Assembly: GCA_965219405.1 (NCBI GenBank)
Contig: OZ244736.1
Location: forward strand, 1,769,445 to 1,833,444
Length of the DNA stretch: 64,000 nucleotides
DNA from: Dehalococcoidia bacterium
GTDB taxonomy: Bacteria > Chloroflexota > Dehalococcoidia > UBA6926
Direction of reading: 5' to 3'
Of this stretch, positions 63,301 to 64,000 are shown in pieces. A model generated the notes under the pieces. That model did not search any database, was not told where the DNA came from, and worked only from the letters and a program-made list of their open reading frames with translations. Every line of letters begins with the position of its first letter. Position 1 is the first letter of the stretch. Made by a program: the position numbers and the translations under genes.

Positions 63301-64000
63301 GGCCCGTGGCGCATATCAATCCGATAACAAGCCCGGCCACCTGCCAGTCCGGAGACAGAATCAGGCTGGGTACAGGCTCGGTTCCGGCGAGACCCTGGAA
63401 TCGCGGCACAAGAATCCAGCTGAGGTAGATGCCGACGGCTATTGCGCCCGCACCGGCCGGGAGCACGATTGATATGTACTCCACGACAAAGGAGAGCAGC
63501 GCAGTGAATCGCGGCACGCCCAGCGCGCGCAGCACGGCGTTGTCACGCGCCCGATCCGATGCTGCGCCGGCGGCGTGCGCTGCGACGCCGATCAGCAAAG
63601 CCCCTATCCCCGCGAACAGGGCGATGAGCGTCATGCCACGCCATCCGGCAGACGCGAGCGGGCTCTGCTGTGTCTCTTCCTGAATAGCGATGCGATCCAC
63701 CACTTCGCCCGTATATCGCTCGTCGTTCACGATAGAGTCCAAGATAGCCGTTTTCTGCTCCGGCGCGTCAGGCAGCGAGAGAAAAACCCGATTCGGCCAG
63801 AGCTTGTTCGTAACGCTGACGGCGTTGACGTGGTCGATGAGCGACTGCCCGTTGGCAACCAGGAATCCGGCCGATCCGGGTTCAATTGTCGGGAAAGCCG
63901 TGAGGGTACCGACGATGCGGATGGGGACGAGTCGATCCGCCACGTGCACCGCCGCCAGGCTGCCTACCTGCCAGCCGCGATTCAACAGGAGGTCGCCGGA
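63224..64000 (-). CDS. FtsX-family ABC permease, C-terminal part (gene continues beyond window end)
   Basis: 253-aa ORF open at the window edge; C-terminal 3-TM FtsX domain with the conserved soluble-loop pattern. Confidence 0.55.
   Translation of the reverse strand, partial: SGDLLLNRGWQVGSLAAVHVADRLVPIRIVGTLTAFPTIEPGSAGFLVANGQSLIDHVNAVSVTNKLWPNRVFLSLPDAPEQKTAILDSIVNDERYTGEVVDRIAIQEETQQSPLASAGWRGMTLIALFAGIGALLIGVAAHAAGAASDRARDNAVLRALGVPRFTALLSFVVEYISIVLPAGAGAIAVGIYLSWILVPRFQGLAGTEPVPSLILSPDWQVAGLVIGLICATGLGLAAALWRAYVSQPVAWVLRGAEA

Overview
High-GC (~62%) bacterial chromosomal segment, almost entirely coding, with no rRNA, CRISPR array, transposase or phage genes detected. Calls rest on motifs in the supplied translations and on my own reading of the nucleotides. 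Housekeeping genes include NADH dehydrogenase nuoN-like/nuoA/nuoB, tatB/tatC/tatA, purC/purS, hisB/hisC, apt, glmU, uppP, glmS, metF-like and six tRNAs (Glu, Thr, Leu, Gln, Gly). Accessory-looking content includes a VapC toxin with a frameshifted VapB, a MacAB-like tripartite efflux operon, a PHP / exonuclease-DinG / OGG DNA-repair operon, a five-gene partner-switching operon (STAS, REC-PP2C, RsbW-like kinase, lipoprotein SBP, sensor kinase) with no sigma factor, two tandem lipoproteins built from plant-specific-type 24-residue LRRs, four tandem enoyl-CoA hydratase paralogs with an isochorismatase, otsA and otsB separated by ada/amidohydrolase/MFS genes, and a two-ATPase FtsX-type ABC system with a 1145-aa permease. 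The most unusual sequence-level signal is a set of short interspersed palindromic (REP/MITE-like) repeats of at least three families between 34.3 and 44.1 kb. One copy lies in frame inside uppP. Lipoboxes on several secreted proteins and an LLM-type oxidoreductase fit a Chloroflexota/Actinomycetota-like organism, but that is inference only.
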